Origin: an uncultured Bacilli bacterium
Lineage (GTDB): Bacteria; Bacillota_I; Bacilli_A; RF39; UBA660
Assembly (NCBI GenBank): GCA_934098375.1
Contig: CAKOOC010000001.1
Location: forward strand, 70,772 to 134,771
Direction: 5' to 3'
DNA: 64,000 nucleotides
The first letter of the stretch is position 1. Each line of letters opens with the position of its first letter. Below are positions 38,265 to 46,760 of this stretch, piece after piece. The position numbers were made by a program, and so were the translations under genes. The notes beneath the pieces were generated by a model. It had not been told where the DNA came from and did no database searches. It saw only the letters and a list, made by a program, of their open reading frames with translations.

Positions 38265-40508
38265 ATGGTAAATGAAGAATATGTTATTAAACTTATAAAA
38301 AATAAACTAGAGATGGTTGATACAGAAAAAAAAGATCAAATAGATTTGTTAAGTATTGCAAATTTAAAAGATATTTTAAAAAGAATCAATGATGATAAAG
38401 AATATTTTAACTATTTTCTTTTGGACATTGATGACGAAGATATAAATGCCATTTTATCAATTACCAAAGATGATGAAGAAAAAAATAACTTTGCTGGCAT
38501 GCTTTTCTATATAAAAAAAATAATTGAAATTAGTAAGAAAGAAGAAACCGCAATACCATTAAGTGACAATCAATTATTGGTTTTAAAAGAGTTTGCTGAG
38601 TTACTAAAACGTTATGTTAATATAAGTGAATATAAAAATGAAACACTTAAAGGAAAGGAAGCAAAAAATAAAACCGCACTTCTAGCAATTTTAGAAAAAC
38701 TAGAAAAGAAAGCTCATTTAAATGGTAAAGATATTGATAATTTAAAACTTTTGGATGTTTCTTTAACTGAACTTGATCAAATTATTTCATTTGTAAACGA
38801 GTATAATGTACAAGTTTATTTAGATTCTCAAAAAGGCGAGGAAAAGGCGAATGTAACTACTATCGCGACTGATAAAGAAGAAGACCAAGAAAAATTAGAA
38901 GAAGCAAATACTGATGAGGTTACAAAAGAAGCAATTTTAGAAAAGCCTAGCGAAGAAGAAAAAATTGAAACAAATGTAAATGATGCAGATTTAGAAAATA
39001 AAAAGGAAGTAAGCCCAAGTAAAGAAGAAAATATTAAGAAAGATGTTCCTAAAAAGAAAAAAGAGAATAATGCCGATGTTAGTAAAATTGTAAATGATCC
39101 ATATCATGCAATGGGTGATAGTTTACAAAAAGATGATGAACCAAAAATTATTTTTAAAAAGAGTCTTAATCAGATAATTGAAGAAGATTTACTTCCGAAA
39201 ACAGACAAGCAATTAGATACAAATGATAACAGTAGTGAAGAAATCGATTTATTTAAACCACAGAGTTTTGATTTTGCACCAAAACAGCCAAAGAAAAAAG
39301 AAGATGAGACTTTAAAAAATGAAGAAATAGCATTAAATGAAGAAAAAGTATTTACTGAAGATGAAAAACTATTAAAAGAAAATGCAGCGCCTACTATAGT
39401 AAATACTAGTACAGTAGCAGATGGAATAACGGAAATAAAAAATTGGTTAAAAGAACTTAATATTAATTATGATGAACTTCCGGCTAGTAGTAAAAGTCAA
39501 TTATTAAATAATAGTAATATGGAAGATATTAAGGGCGTAATATCATATTTAAAAGAAAAAAGTTATACAAAAGAAATAATGATGCGACCACTTTGTTTAC
39601 TTTTATCACAAACAAATGATAAAAGTATGAATGCAAGTATTAATTTATTAAATAAATATTATAAGCTTACTGATGAAAATATAGTGTCTTTAATTAATAG
39701 ATTTACAATAATATTTACGAAAAAAGGTTATAATAATTTAATAAAAAATATAGATATTCTAAAAAAATTGGATGGACAGTTAGTTACAAATGTTATTCAA
39801 AGAAATCCTGGTTTACTTGCTACAAATGGCATTTTGGAATTTGTAAGCAAATTTAAGATAAGTAATAATATTTACTTACATACGTGGATCTATAATATAG
39901 ATGTTAATGATTTACTAAAAAATATCGATGTTTTAAATAGTTATGGACTTGATGCTTATACTTATATTGATGATGAAACTTTTACACTTTTATTAAACCC
40001 TAATTTGCCTTTTATGCTTGATCAGTTTATTGAAATGGGAATGGACAGTTATATTTATAGTGATGAAACGCAAGCATTTAGAAAAATTAAATCTTTAATT
40101 ATTAAGAGAATTTTCTATGCTTATAAAAATAATTTATCTATTTGGAAAAATGATAATGTGATTGATTCTTTTGAAAAGATTATTCAAAATAATTATTTGA
40201 TTGTTAGTGAAGATGATATAACAGGTTTAATAAAAAAATATCCAAAACTTGAAGCTTTAGAAGAAGGGTATAGATTATCATTATACACTAATACCAATAT
40301 GGCAAAAATAAAAAGAAAATGTGAACTTGTTTTTGGTAATAAAATTATATCAAGATTAAAGGTATATAGTGTTCTTAACTGCTTATTAGATGCGGGAATT
40401 AGTTTAAAGGAAGCCTTAATTTATGCTATAACCTATAATTCAATTTTGGAGCCTTATGAACTTGATAAACTAGAAGCATGTGTAAATAATATTATGGGTG
40501 GTGAATAG
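38265..40508 (+). CDS. large hypothetical protein: helical N-domain, acidic/Lys-rich linker, C-terminal helical-repeat domain (operon gene 2)
   Basis: ATG 38265 after AGGTGGTGA, 13 nt after the gene-1 stop. About 747 aa. See findings for the repeat units. Confidence 0.55.
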   Translation: MVNEEYVIKLIKNKLEMVDTEKKDQIDLLSIANLKDILKRINDDKEYFNYFLLDIDDEDINAILSITKDDEEKNNFAGMLFYIKKIIEISKKEETAIPLSDNQLLVLKEFAELLKRYVNISEYKNETLKGKEAKNKTALLAILEKLEKKAHLNGKDIDNLKLLDVSLTELDQIISFVNEYNVQVYLDSQKGEEKANVTTIATDKEEDQEKLEEANTDEVTKEAILEKPSEEEKIETNVNDADLENKKEVSPSKEENIKKDVPKKKKENNADVSKIVNDPYHAMGDSLQKDDEPKIIFKKSLNQIIEEDLLPKTDKQLDTNDNSSEEIDLFKPQSFDFAPKQPKKKEDETLKNEEIALNEEKVFTEDEKLLKENAAPTIVNTSTVADGITEIKNWLKELNINYDELPASSKSQLLNNSNMEDIKGVISYLKEKSYTKEIMMRPLCLLLSQTNDKSMNASINLLNKYYKLTDENIVSLINRFTIIFTKKGYNNLIKNIDILKKLDGQLVTNVIQRNPGLLATNGILEFVSKFKISNNIYLHTWIYNIDVNDLLKNIDVLNSYGLDAYTYIDDETFTLLLNPNLPFMLDQFIEMGMDSYIYSDETQAFRKIKSLIIKRIFYAYKNNLSIWKNDNVIDSFEKIIQNNYLIVSEDDITGLIKKYPKLEALEEGYRLSLYTNTNMAKIKRKCELVFGNKIISRLKVYSVLNCLLDAGISLKEALIYAITYNSILEPYELDKLEACVNNIMGGE

Positions 40509-40509
40509 T

Positions 40510-40803
40510 ATGGAATATTTAAAAAGTTATAATATTACCGATGAAGAATTATTGCTTCTTAAAAGTAGTTTAAATCTAAAGGTTCAAAACCAAATTAGTT
40601 TAGCAAAAGGGGAAATTGTAAAAGTATTGGAATATTTGAAAAGTTTAGGTATTTTAAACGTTTTTAATTTAATTCTTTACCGTAGTGATTTACTTTTTTG
40701 TGATATGGAAAGTCTTAATAAAAAGTTTAATAAATTTGATGTTAATTTAGTTAAATTCATTATAGAAAATGATCCGCAAAATTTAATAAATTTTGATATC
40801 TAG
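40510..40803 (+). CDS. small helical-repeat hypothetical protein (operon gene 3)
   Basis: ATG 40510 is 2 nt after the gene-2 TAG. GGTGGTGA upstream. 97 aa with the same repeat flavour as the gene-2 C-terminus. Confidence 0.5.
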   Translation: MEYLKSYNITDEELLLLKSSLNLKVQNQISLAKGEIVKVLEYLKSLGILNVFNLILYRSDLLFCDMESLNKKFNKFDVNLVKFIIENDPQNLINFDI

Positions 40804-40850
40804 CACATAATAGTAATAATTATAGTTAATTTTAAAAAAATAAAAAAAAA

Positions 40851-40877
40851 TTAGCACTTAGTGTTGACAAGTGCTAA
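40851..40877 (+). promoter_or_regulatory. CIRCE-like inverted repeat (HrcA operator) overlapping the hsp20 promoter
   Basis: TTAGCACTT-N9-AAGTGCTAA. TTGACA (40864-40869) lies in the spacer; 17 nt further is TATAAC (40887-40892), then TATAAT (40893-40898). Confidence 0.75.
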
Positions 40878-40919
40878 TTATAGTGGTATAACTATAATTG
40901 TGAAAGGAAGGATGGATAT

Positions 40920-41318
40920 ATGAATATAATCCCAAGAAGTTTTTTCTTCGATGATGATGATCTAGATAACTTTTTCTTAACAACTCCAAAAAGAAATGAT
41001 ATGAAATGTGATATTTATGAGGAAAATAATGAATATCATATTGACATTGATGTTCCTGGGTTTGATAAAAAAGATATTAATATCGAAGTAAAAGACGGTT
41101 ATTTAACAGTTAGTGCTAAAAAGGAGCATGAAGACAAAGAAAAGAAAAAGAATTATATAAGAAGAGAAAGAAGTTATGGTGTTTATCAAAGATCTTTTGC
41201 TTTAGGAGATGTAGATGTTGATAAAATAGATGCTAAATTTAATCATGGTACTTTATCAATTGTTGTTCCTAAACAAGAGGCTGTTGAACATAAAAAAACT
41301 ATTGAAATAAAAGGTTAA
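40920..41318 (+). CDS. small heat-shock protein (Hsp20/alpha-crystallin family)
   Basis: 132 aa. Alpha-crystallin domain: DIYEENNEYHIDIDVPGFDKKDINIEV.DGYLTVSAKK...ERSYG.Y.RSF.L......I.A.F.HGTL.I.VPK. Confidence 0.92.
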   Translation: MNIIPRSFFFDDDDLDNFFLTTPKRNDMKCDIYEENNEYHIDIDVPGFDKKDINIEVKDGYLTVSAKKEHEDKEKKKNYIRRERSYGVYQRSFALGDVDVDKIDAKFNHGTLSIVVPKQEAVEHKKTIEIKG

Positions 41319-41325
41319 TAAAAAG

Positions 41326-41353
41326 AATCTCTGTTTAAAGCAGGGATTTTTTA
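41326..41353 (+). terminator. intrinsic terminator after hsp20
   Basis: AATCTCTG-tttaaag-CAGGGATT followed by TTTTAT. Confidence 0.6.
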
Positions 41354-41375
41354 TTTGTAAGGATTGTAAATGTAC

Positions 41376-41404
41376 TTGCAGCATAGATTTAATTATGCTA
41401 GAAT
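41376..41404 (+). promoter_or_regulatory. candidate sigma-A promoter for the tRNA
   Basis: TTGCAG, 17 nt, TAGAAT, ending 15 nt before the tRNA 5' end. Confidence 0.45.
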
Positions 41405-41418
41405 GAAATTGTCTTTTT

Positions 41419-41494
41419 GGCCCATTGGTGAAATGGTTAACACATAACCCTCTCAAGGTTACATTCATGAGTTCGAACCTCATATGGGTCACCA
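41419..41494 (+). tRNA. tRNA-Glu (anticodon CUC), CCA encoded
   Basis: Hand-folded 76-nt cloverleaf. Acceptor GGCCCAT/ATGGGTC (one G.U). Anticodon arm TAACC-CTCTCAA-GGTTA (U33, CTC, A37). T arm ATGAG-TTCGAAC-CTCAT. Discriminator A + CCA. Close to the Bacillus tRNA-Glu scaffold. Confidence 0.85.
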
Positions 41495-41504
41495 ATTTGA
41501 AATT

Positions 41505-41531
41505 AATCCCTTTATTTTTGGGGATTTTTTT
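41505..41531 (+). terminator. intrinsic terminator after the tRNA
   Basis: AATCCC-N10-GGGATT followed by TTTTT. Confidence 0.55.
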
Positions 41532-41744
41532 AGTGTTCAAATTTTTAAATACAAATTCAAACACATTTTTAACTTTTAAATTGTTATTTTTTAAAGAAAA
41601 TAAAACGAAATTAATAGTGCCTTCATATAATATAATAGCAGTTGTAAAATAACTTTTATGTTTTAGAACTTAACAACTTATTTAACTTTTATTAATTTAA
41701 TTATTATTTATTTATACAACTGCGTTAAAGGAGGAAAATTATAA

Positions 41745-42434
41745 ATGGAATATAGGGTAGTTAATAGAAGTAGTGAAAGAATTACCCAAAAGTATAAACC
41801 ACTTCAGCACCGAGGTGTTGATATTGGATTTAGTAAAGATGAGGAAAATAATAAAGTGCATGCTAATAGTATAGGTGTTGTTTATGAAGTAAAAGATGGA
41901 TACGATAATAATACAAGATCTACGGGAGCGGAGACGTGGGGAAATTATGTGTTAGTAAAACATCCTAATGGAATGTTTACAAGATATGCTCATTTGAAAG
42001 AAGGATTGTTAGTTAAAGAGGGCGACCAAGTAAATGAGGATACCGTAATAGGTATTATCGGAAATACAGGGCGTTCATATGGAAGACATTTACATTTTGA
42101 AGTTGCGACGGGGTATAGTTCTAGTAAAAGAATTAATCCAACTGAATATTTGAATAAACCTGTATATGTAGCAGGAATAAAAAAACATTATTCGGGCATA
42201 TATCCAAAACTGCGACTAGGAATATATGGCTGGAAGCGAGGAGATAAAAACGCTAATGTTGGTTTAATTCAAGCATTTTTAAATTGGTGCTTGGATTTAA
42301 ACTTAACAGTAGATAATTCTTTTGGCCCAGCCACAGAAAAAGCGGTGTTAAACTATCAAAAAAGATACGGTTTAAAGCAAGATAAAAAATTTGGACCTGC
42401 TTGTATAAAAATGGCTAAAGAAATATTAAAATAA
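41745..42434 (+). CDS. M23 metallopeptidase fused to a PG_binding_1 domain, no signal peptide (endolysin-like)
   Basis: HRGVDIG (HxxxD), GNTGRSYGRHLHFEV (HxH), and C-terminal ...LIQAFLNW....VDNSFGPATEKAVLNYQKRYGL. SD AAAGGAGG. Confidence 0.85.
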   Translation: MEYRVVNRSSERITQKYKPLQHRGVDIGFSKDEENNKVHANSIGVVYEVKDGYDNNTRSTGAETWGNYVLVKHPNGMFTRYAHLKEGLLVKEGDQVNEDTVIGIIGNTGRSYGRHLHFEVATGYSSSKRINPTEYLNKPVYVAGIKKHYSGIYPKLRLGIYGWKRGDKNANVGLIQAFLNWCLDLNLTVDNSFGPATEKAVLNYQKRYGLKQDKKFGPACIKMAKEILK

Positions 42435-42587
42435 TAATTTATGACTAGATGATTGATTTCTTCTAGTTTTTTGATGTTTTTAAAAATAATCCTTTATTTT
42501 ACTTTTGTTTTTTGGTAAATTAAAAGTTACTTGCAAAGAATTTGTAGTTATAATATAATCATGGTAGCAGTTTTGAAAGAGGACAAA

Positions 42588-43436
42588 ATGGAAGAGGAAA
42601 TAAAAAAAATACTTGTTGATTTAGCTATTAAATTTAAAGAGAATCAGACATTTATTGACAATATAAAAAACAGCGATGATATTGATTTTTTGGCGAACAT
42701 TGCGATAGCATTTTTAGATAGATCGTTAAATGGGAAGTATTTTAGTTACTTTATGCGTTTAAGAACTTTTTTTAGTGCATATTATGGGTATAATATGTCG
42801 AGTTCCAAATTACAAATTGCTACTTATAAAAGAGAATTAAATAAATTTTCGGGGATTTATCTTGATGGTAATTTTAAAAATGAGCATTTTGTTCCATTAA
42901 AACTTAAGGTTTTAATTCCGGAGGCAGAATTTAATGATATAGCATATAAATTTTATACTTCTTCATCAGAAATCATTCACGATTATGATAGATTAGATGA
43001 AATGTTATGTATTTACTTTTTTTCTGATTATGGTGATGCGGTTGTTTATGATGACGTTTCTAAAGTTAGTATGGCACTTATATCATATGTTAGAAGAGAA
43101 AATAATGGTAATTTAGTTGTAAAGAGATATAAAGTTAATAATGAACAGCTTGATTATGAAGAAGTTGAAATACCAAAAGAATTAGAAAAATTGTATTATT
43201 TTGCTGGTGACTCTAAAAATGGTAGTATGGTTGAAACGTATGAAAAAATGTATGTAGATGCTTGCGCTGAGGGAGGCGTATATTCCTTTTTAGAGATTAC
43301 GAGTATTATTGATAAATTAAATATAAAAAAGATTAATATGATTAGAGAAATTTTAAATCGTAATAGTGGTAAAAATATGGAGGTAGTAGAAGATGGATTA
43401 CAAAAAACTAGCAGAAATGCTTTATCCAAATGTTAG
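42588..43436 (+). CDS. hypothetical protein (about 282 aa)
   Basis: ATG 42588 after AAGAGGA. No family recognised. The 3' end overlaps the gltX start by 44 nt. Confidence 0.5.
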   Translation: MEEEIKKILVDLAIKFKENQTFIDNIKNSDDIDFLANIAIAFLDRSLNGKYFSYFMRLRTFFSAYYGYNMSSSKLQIATYKRELNKFSGIYLDGNFKNEHFVPLKLKVLIPEAEFNDIAYKFYTSSSEIIHDYDRLDEMLCIYFFSDYGDAVVYDDVSKVSMALISYVRRENNGNLVVKRYKVNNEQLDYEEVEIPKELEKLYYFAGDSKNGSMVETYEKMYVDACAEGGVYSFLEITSIIDKLNIKKINMIREILNRNSGKNMEVVEDGLQKTSRNALSKC

Positions 43437-45033
43437 TTTAACAATAGAGGATTTAGAAAAGAGATATCCCAGAAGAAATTTAGATAAAAATGCAGAGGTT
43501 TGCCGATTTGCGCCGAGTCCAACAGGAAGAATGCATATGGGAAATTTATTTGCTGCTTTTATACCAGAAGTTTTTGCTCACCAATCAAATGGAGTATTTA
43601 TTTTAAGAATTGAAGATACCGATGCAAAAAGAGCTATAGAAAATGGGGTTCAATTAATTCAAGATGATTTTAATGCTTATAATTATGTAGTAAATGAAGG
43701 GCCAAACATTGGTGGTGAATATGGACCGTATATTCAAACGGAAAGAACAGAAATATATCATGCTGTAGCAAAGTATTTAGTTTCAATTGGTAGAGCATAT
43801 CCATGTTTTTGCTCTGAAGATGATTTAAATGCGATGAGAGAAAAACAGGAACATCGTAAGGAAAGAATAGGGTACTATGGTTATTATGCAAAATGTCGAA
43901 ATTTAACCATAGAAGAAGTAAAGGCCCATTTAGATAAAGGTGATAAATGGGTATTAAGGTTAAAATCAATGGGAGATTTTAATAAAAAAATTATCTTTAA
44001 AGATTTAGTTAAAGGAACAATCGAACTTCCGGAAAATGATATTGATCAAGTACTAATTAAATCGGATGGTATTCCTCCTTATGCTTTTGCACATGTATGT
44101 GATGATCATTTTATGAGAGTTACAACAGTAACTAGAGATGATTCTTATATTTCATCAGTACCATATCATCTTGAATTATGGAATGCATGTGGCTTTGAAC
44201 TTCCAAAATTTGCGCATCTTTTACCAGTAAATAAAAAAGATGGAGATATTATTAGAAAGATTAGTAAAAGAAAAGACCCAGAAGCGGCAGTATCTTTTTA
44301 TCATGAAAGAGGAATTCCTGCTAATGCAATAAAATTATATTTTGCAACAATATTAAATTCTAATTTTGAAGGATGGCTTTTACAAAATCCAGATAAATCA
44401 TATCGTGATTTTACATTTACATTTAACAAGATGAGTACAAGTGGTGGCCCTATATTTGATTTAGAAAAACTTTTAAATATTTCTAAAAATTATTTAAGTA
44501 AATTAAGCGCTAAAGAAGTATTTGATGGCTTAGACGCATGGAGTAAAGAATTTGATGAACCATTTAATAAATTAATAAATGAATATAAGGATTATACGAT
44601 AAAAGTTTTAAATATTGAAAGAGAACAGAAAAAACCACGTAAGGATTTTGCGGCATTTAATGAAATAAAAAATGGTATATGGTATATGTATGATGAATTA
44701 TTTGATGATGCTAAGGTTCTTTTTAATGTTAATAATTTAGAAGAAATTAAAAATGTTATTAACCTTTATGTAAATAAATACTTTGATATAAATGATGATA
44801 AAGAGACATGGTTTAATAAAATTAAAGAATTATCTACTGAATGTGGATATACTACTGATATGAAAGCGTATAAAGAAAATCCGGCAAATTTTAAAGGTAG
44901 CGTTGCAGATATTTCTAATATGATTAGAGTAAGTTTAACTTCCAAAACTACAACTCCAGATTTATATGAAATTATAAATTTATTAGGAAAAGACAGAACA
45001 ATTTGTCGTTTAAATAAAATTGTGAATATGTAG
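43393..45033 (+). CDS. gltX: glutamate--tRNA ligase family protein (divergent class I GluRS)
   Basis: CRFAPSPTGRMHMGN (HIGH-type), LRIEDTD.KR and KISKRK (KMSKS-type). 546 aa. GGAGG lies 9 nt upstream. Confidence 0.85.
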   Translation: MDYKKLAEMLYPNVSLTIEDLEKRYPRRNLDKNAEVCRFAPSPTGRMHMGNLFAAFIPEVFAHQSNGVFILRIEDTDAKRAIENGVQLIQDDFNAYNYVVNEGPNIGGEYGPYIQTERTEIYHAVAKYLVSIGRAYPCFCSEDDLNAMREKQEHRKERIGYYGYYAKCRNLTIEEVKAHLDKGDKWVLRLKSMGDFNKKIIFKDLVKGTIELPENDIDQVLIKSDGIPPYAFAHVCDDHFMRVTTVTRDDSYISSVPYHLELWNACGFELPKFAHLLPVNKKDGDIIRKISKRKDPEAAVSFYHERGIPANAIKLYFATILNSNFEGWLLQNPDKSYRDFTFTFNKMSTSGGPIFDLEKLLNISKNYLSKLSAKEVFDGLDAWSKEFDEPFNKLINEYKDYTIKVLNIEREQKKPRKDFAAFNEIKNGIWYMYDELFDDAKVLFNVNNLEEIKNVINLYVNKYFDINDDKETWFNKIKELSTECGYTTDMKAYKENPANFKGSVADISNMIRVSLTSKTTTPDLYEIINLLGKDRTICRLNKIVNM

Positions 45034-45092
45034 GGTATTCACTTTTATTTTGGTTTGTGTTATAGTACGATTAATTCTTTTTGGGGGGTTTT

Positions 45093-45701
45093 ATGATAAA
45101 AGATTTAATTGAGGAAAAAGATACTAACATTAGCGCGAGAAATGAATTAGTATTACACTATAGTTATTTAGTAGATAATGTAATTAATAAATACTTTAAA
45201 ATGGCATCTTTAGAAGCTGATGATGTTAGAAGTATTGGGATAGAGGCTTTAATAAGAGCTATAGATTCTTATAAAATAACCGGCGAAAATCCACATCAAT
45301 ATTTTATTAGACATTGTAATGATAATATTTTTTATGCTGTAAGTCATGCTTTAGAAGCCCATGAAAGTAGAATAAAGCATTATGGATCTCGTTTTGAGGA
45401 TACTATGTTAGTAGAGTATGGTAGCTTTGAGGAAATTATTGATAAAATTGCTTTTTCAGAGTTGTCAGTAAAATATATAGAGGAACTTAGTTCTTATGAT
45501 AAAAATATTTTGAAATTATATTTTGGTATAGGAACAAAAAGGTGTACTGATAAGGAAATCGCGGAAATGTTCGGCATTTCTAGATGTGTAATATCTAAGA
45601 GAAGAGCTAAAATTATTAATGCTTTATGTAAAAGGTTAATGCAAGATAATATGTCTTTAGAAGAAAAAAGATTTCAATTGCAAAAAAATGTTGACTTTTA
45701 G
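45093..45701 (+). CDS. sigma-70 family RNA polymerase sigma factor (short, group 3/4-like)
   Basis: Region 2: LVLHYSYLVDNVINKYF....DDVRSIGIEALIRAIDSY. Region 4 HTH: DKEIAEMFGISRCVISKRRAKI. Confidence 0.75.
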   Translation: MIKDLIEEKDTNISARNELVLHYSYLVDNVINKYFKMASLEADDVRSIGIEALIRAIDSYKITGENPHQYFIRHCNDNIFYAVSHALEAHESRIKHYGSRFEDTMLVEYGSFEEIIDKIAFSELSVKYIEELSSYDKNILKLYFGIGTKRCTDKEIAEMFGISRCVISKRRAKIINALCKRLMQDNMSLEEKRFQLQKNVDF

Positions 45702-45719
45702 GGACGTTTTTCATATAAT
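45691..45719 (+). promoter_or_regulatory. near-consensus sigma-A promoter for rplM-rpsI
   Basis: TTGACT, 17 nt, TATAAT, straddling the sigma-factor stop codon. Confidence 0.55.
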
Positions 45720-45745
45720 TCATATTGGTACATTTTGATTTGTTG

Positions 45746-45780
45746 TTTTACTTAGAAAACTGGGAATTTAATAAGTAAAA
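45746..45780 (+). promoter_or_regulatory. 9-bp perfect hairpin in the rplM 5' leader (possible r-protein autoregulatory leader)
   Basis: TTTTACTTA - 17-nt loop (gaaaactgggaatttaa) - TAAGTAAAA, ending 22 nt before ATG 45803. Confidence 0.35.
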
Positions 45781-45802
45781 TGATAATGAAAGGAAAATAT
45801 TT

Positions 45803-46234
45803 ATGAAAACATTTATGCAAACAAAAGAAACTGTTGAACGTAAGTGGTATGTAATTGATGCAGAAAATAAACCTTTAGGTAGAGTTGCTACTAAAGCGGC
45901 TACTATTTTAAGAGGAAAGAATAAAGCAACATTTACACCTCATATTGATTGTGGAGATTATGTAATTATCATTAATGCTGATAAGGTTAAATTAACTGGT
46001 AATAAGATTAATGATAAAATGTATTATGATCATTCTGGATTCCCTGGTGGATTAAGAGAAAGAAACGCTAAAACTATGATAGAAAGTTATCCAACTGAAA
46101 TGGTAGAAAGAGCTGTTAAAGGTATGCTTCCAAAAGGACCTTTAGGTAGACAATGCTTTAGAAAGTTATTTGTTTATGCTGGTAGTGAACATAACCATGC
46201 TGCTCAAAAACCTGAAGTGATAAGTGCTATTTAG
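45803..46234 (+). CDS. rplM: 50S ribosomal protein L13
   Basis: RKWYVIDA....LGR.A...A..LRGK.K..FTPH.D.GD.VI.INA.K, 143 aa. Confidence 0.96.
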   Translation: MKTFMQTKETVERKWYVIDAENKPLGRVATKAATILRGKNKATFTPHIDCGDYVIIINADKVKLTGNKINDKMYYDHSGFPGGLRERNAKTMIESYPTEMVERAVKGMLPKGPLGRQCFRKLFVYAGSEHNHAAQKPEVISAI

Positions 46235-46242
46235 GAGGATTT

Positions 46243-46659
46243 ATGAAGAAAAATGAATTTACTGCTACAGGCAGAAGAAAACGTTCTGTTGCTCAAGTAA
46301 GATTAATGCCAGGAAAAGGTAATATTACTGTAAATGGCAAAGATATTAATGAATATTTAAATTCAGAAAATTTAGTAATGGACGTAAAACAACCTTTAGT
46401 ATTAACAAAAAATGAAAATACATTTGATGTTATTGTTAAAGTAGTTGGTGGTGGATTTTCTGGACAAGCTGGAGCAATTAGACTTGCAATAGCTAAAGCA
46501 TTATCATTATATGATGCTGATGCTGATCAAACTAGAGATGATGCTTATCATAAAGTATTAAAAGATAATGGTTTCTTAACTCGTGACCCAAGAATTAAAG
46601 AACGTAAAAAATATGGTCTTAAAAAGGCTCGTAGAGCACCACAATTTAGTAAACGTTAA
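46243..46659 (+). CDS. rpsI: 30S ribosomal protein S9
   Basis: GRRK.S.A.V.L.PG.G.I.VNG and a C-terminal [23 protein letters not shown]. Confidence 0.96.
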   Translation: MKKNEFTATGRRKRSVAQVRLMPGKGNITVNGKDINEYLNSENLVMDVKQPLVLTKNENTFDVIVKVVGGGFSGQAGAIRLAIAKALSLYDADADQTRDDAYHKVLKDNGFLTRDPRIKERKKYGLKKARRAPQFSKR

Positions 46660-46677
46660 TATTTTTCAGGTGTTGCT

Positions 46678-46710
46678 AATCCTAGGAATGAAAGTTTCTG
46701 GGATTTTTTC
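46678..46710 (+). terminator. intrinsic terminator after rpsI
   Basis: AATCCTAG-N12-CTGGGATT (one G.U) followed by TTTTC. Confidence 0.55.
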
Positions 46711-46760
46711 TTGCTTTAATAAAATAAATAATGTAATATATTTATGATTTGGAGGACTTT

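Noticed and set aside
41256-41652. Two track ORFs (41256-41564 minus strand, 41425-41652 plus strand) across the hsp20-tRNA intergenic region.
   Set aside because: They run through the tRNA-Glu gene and both flanking terminators. The tRNA cloverleaf explains the region.
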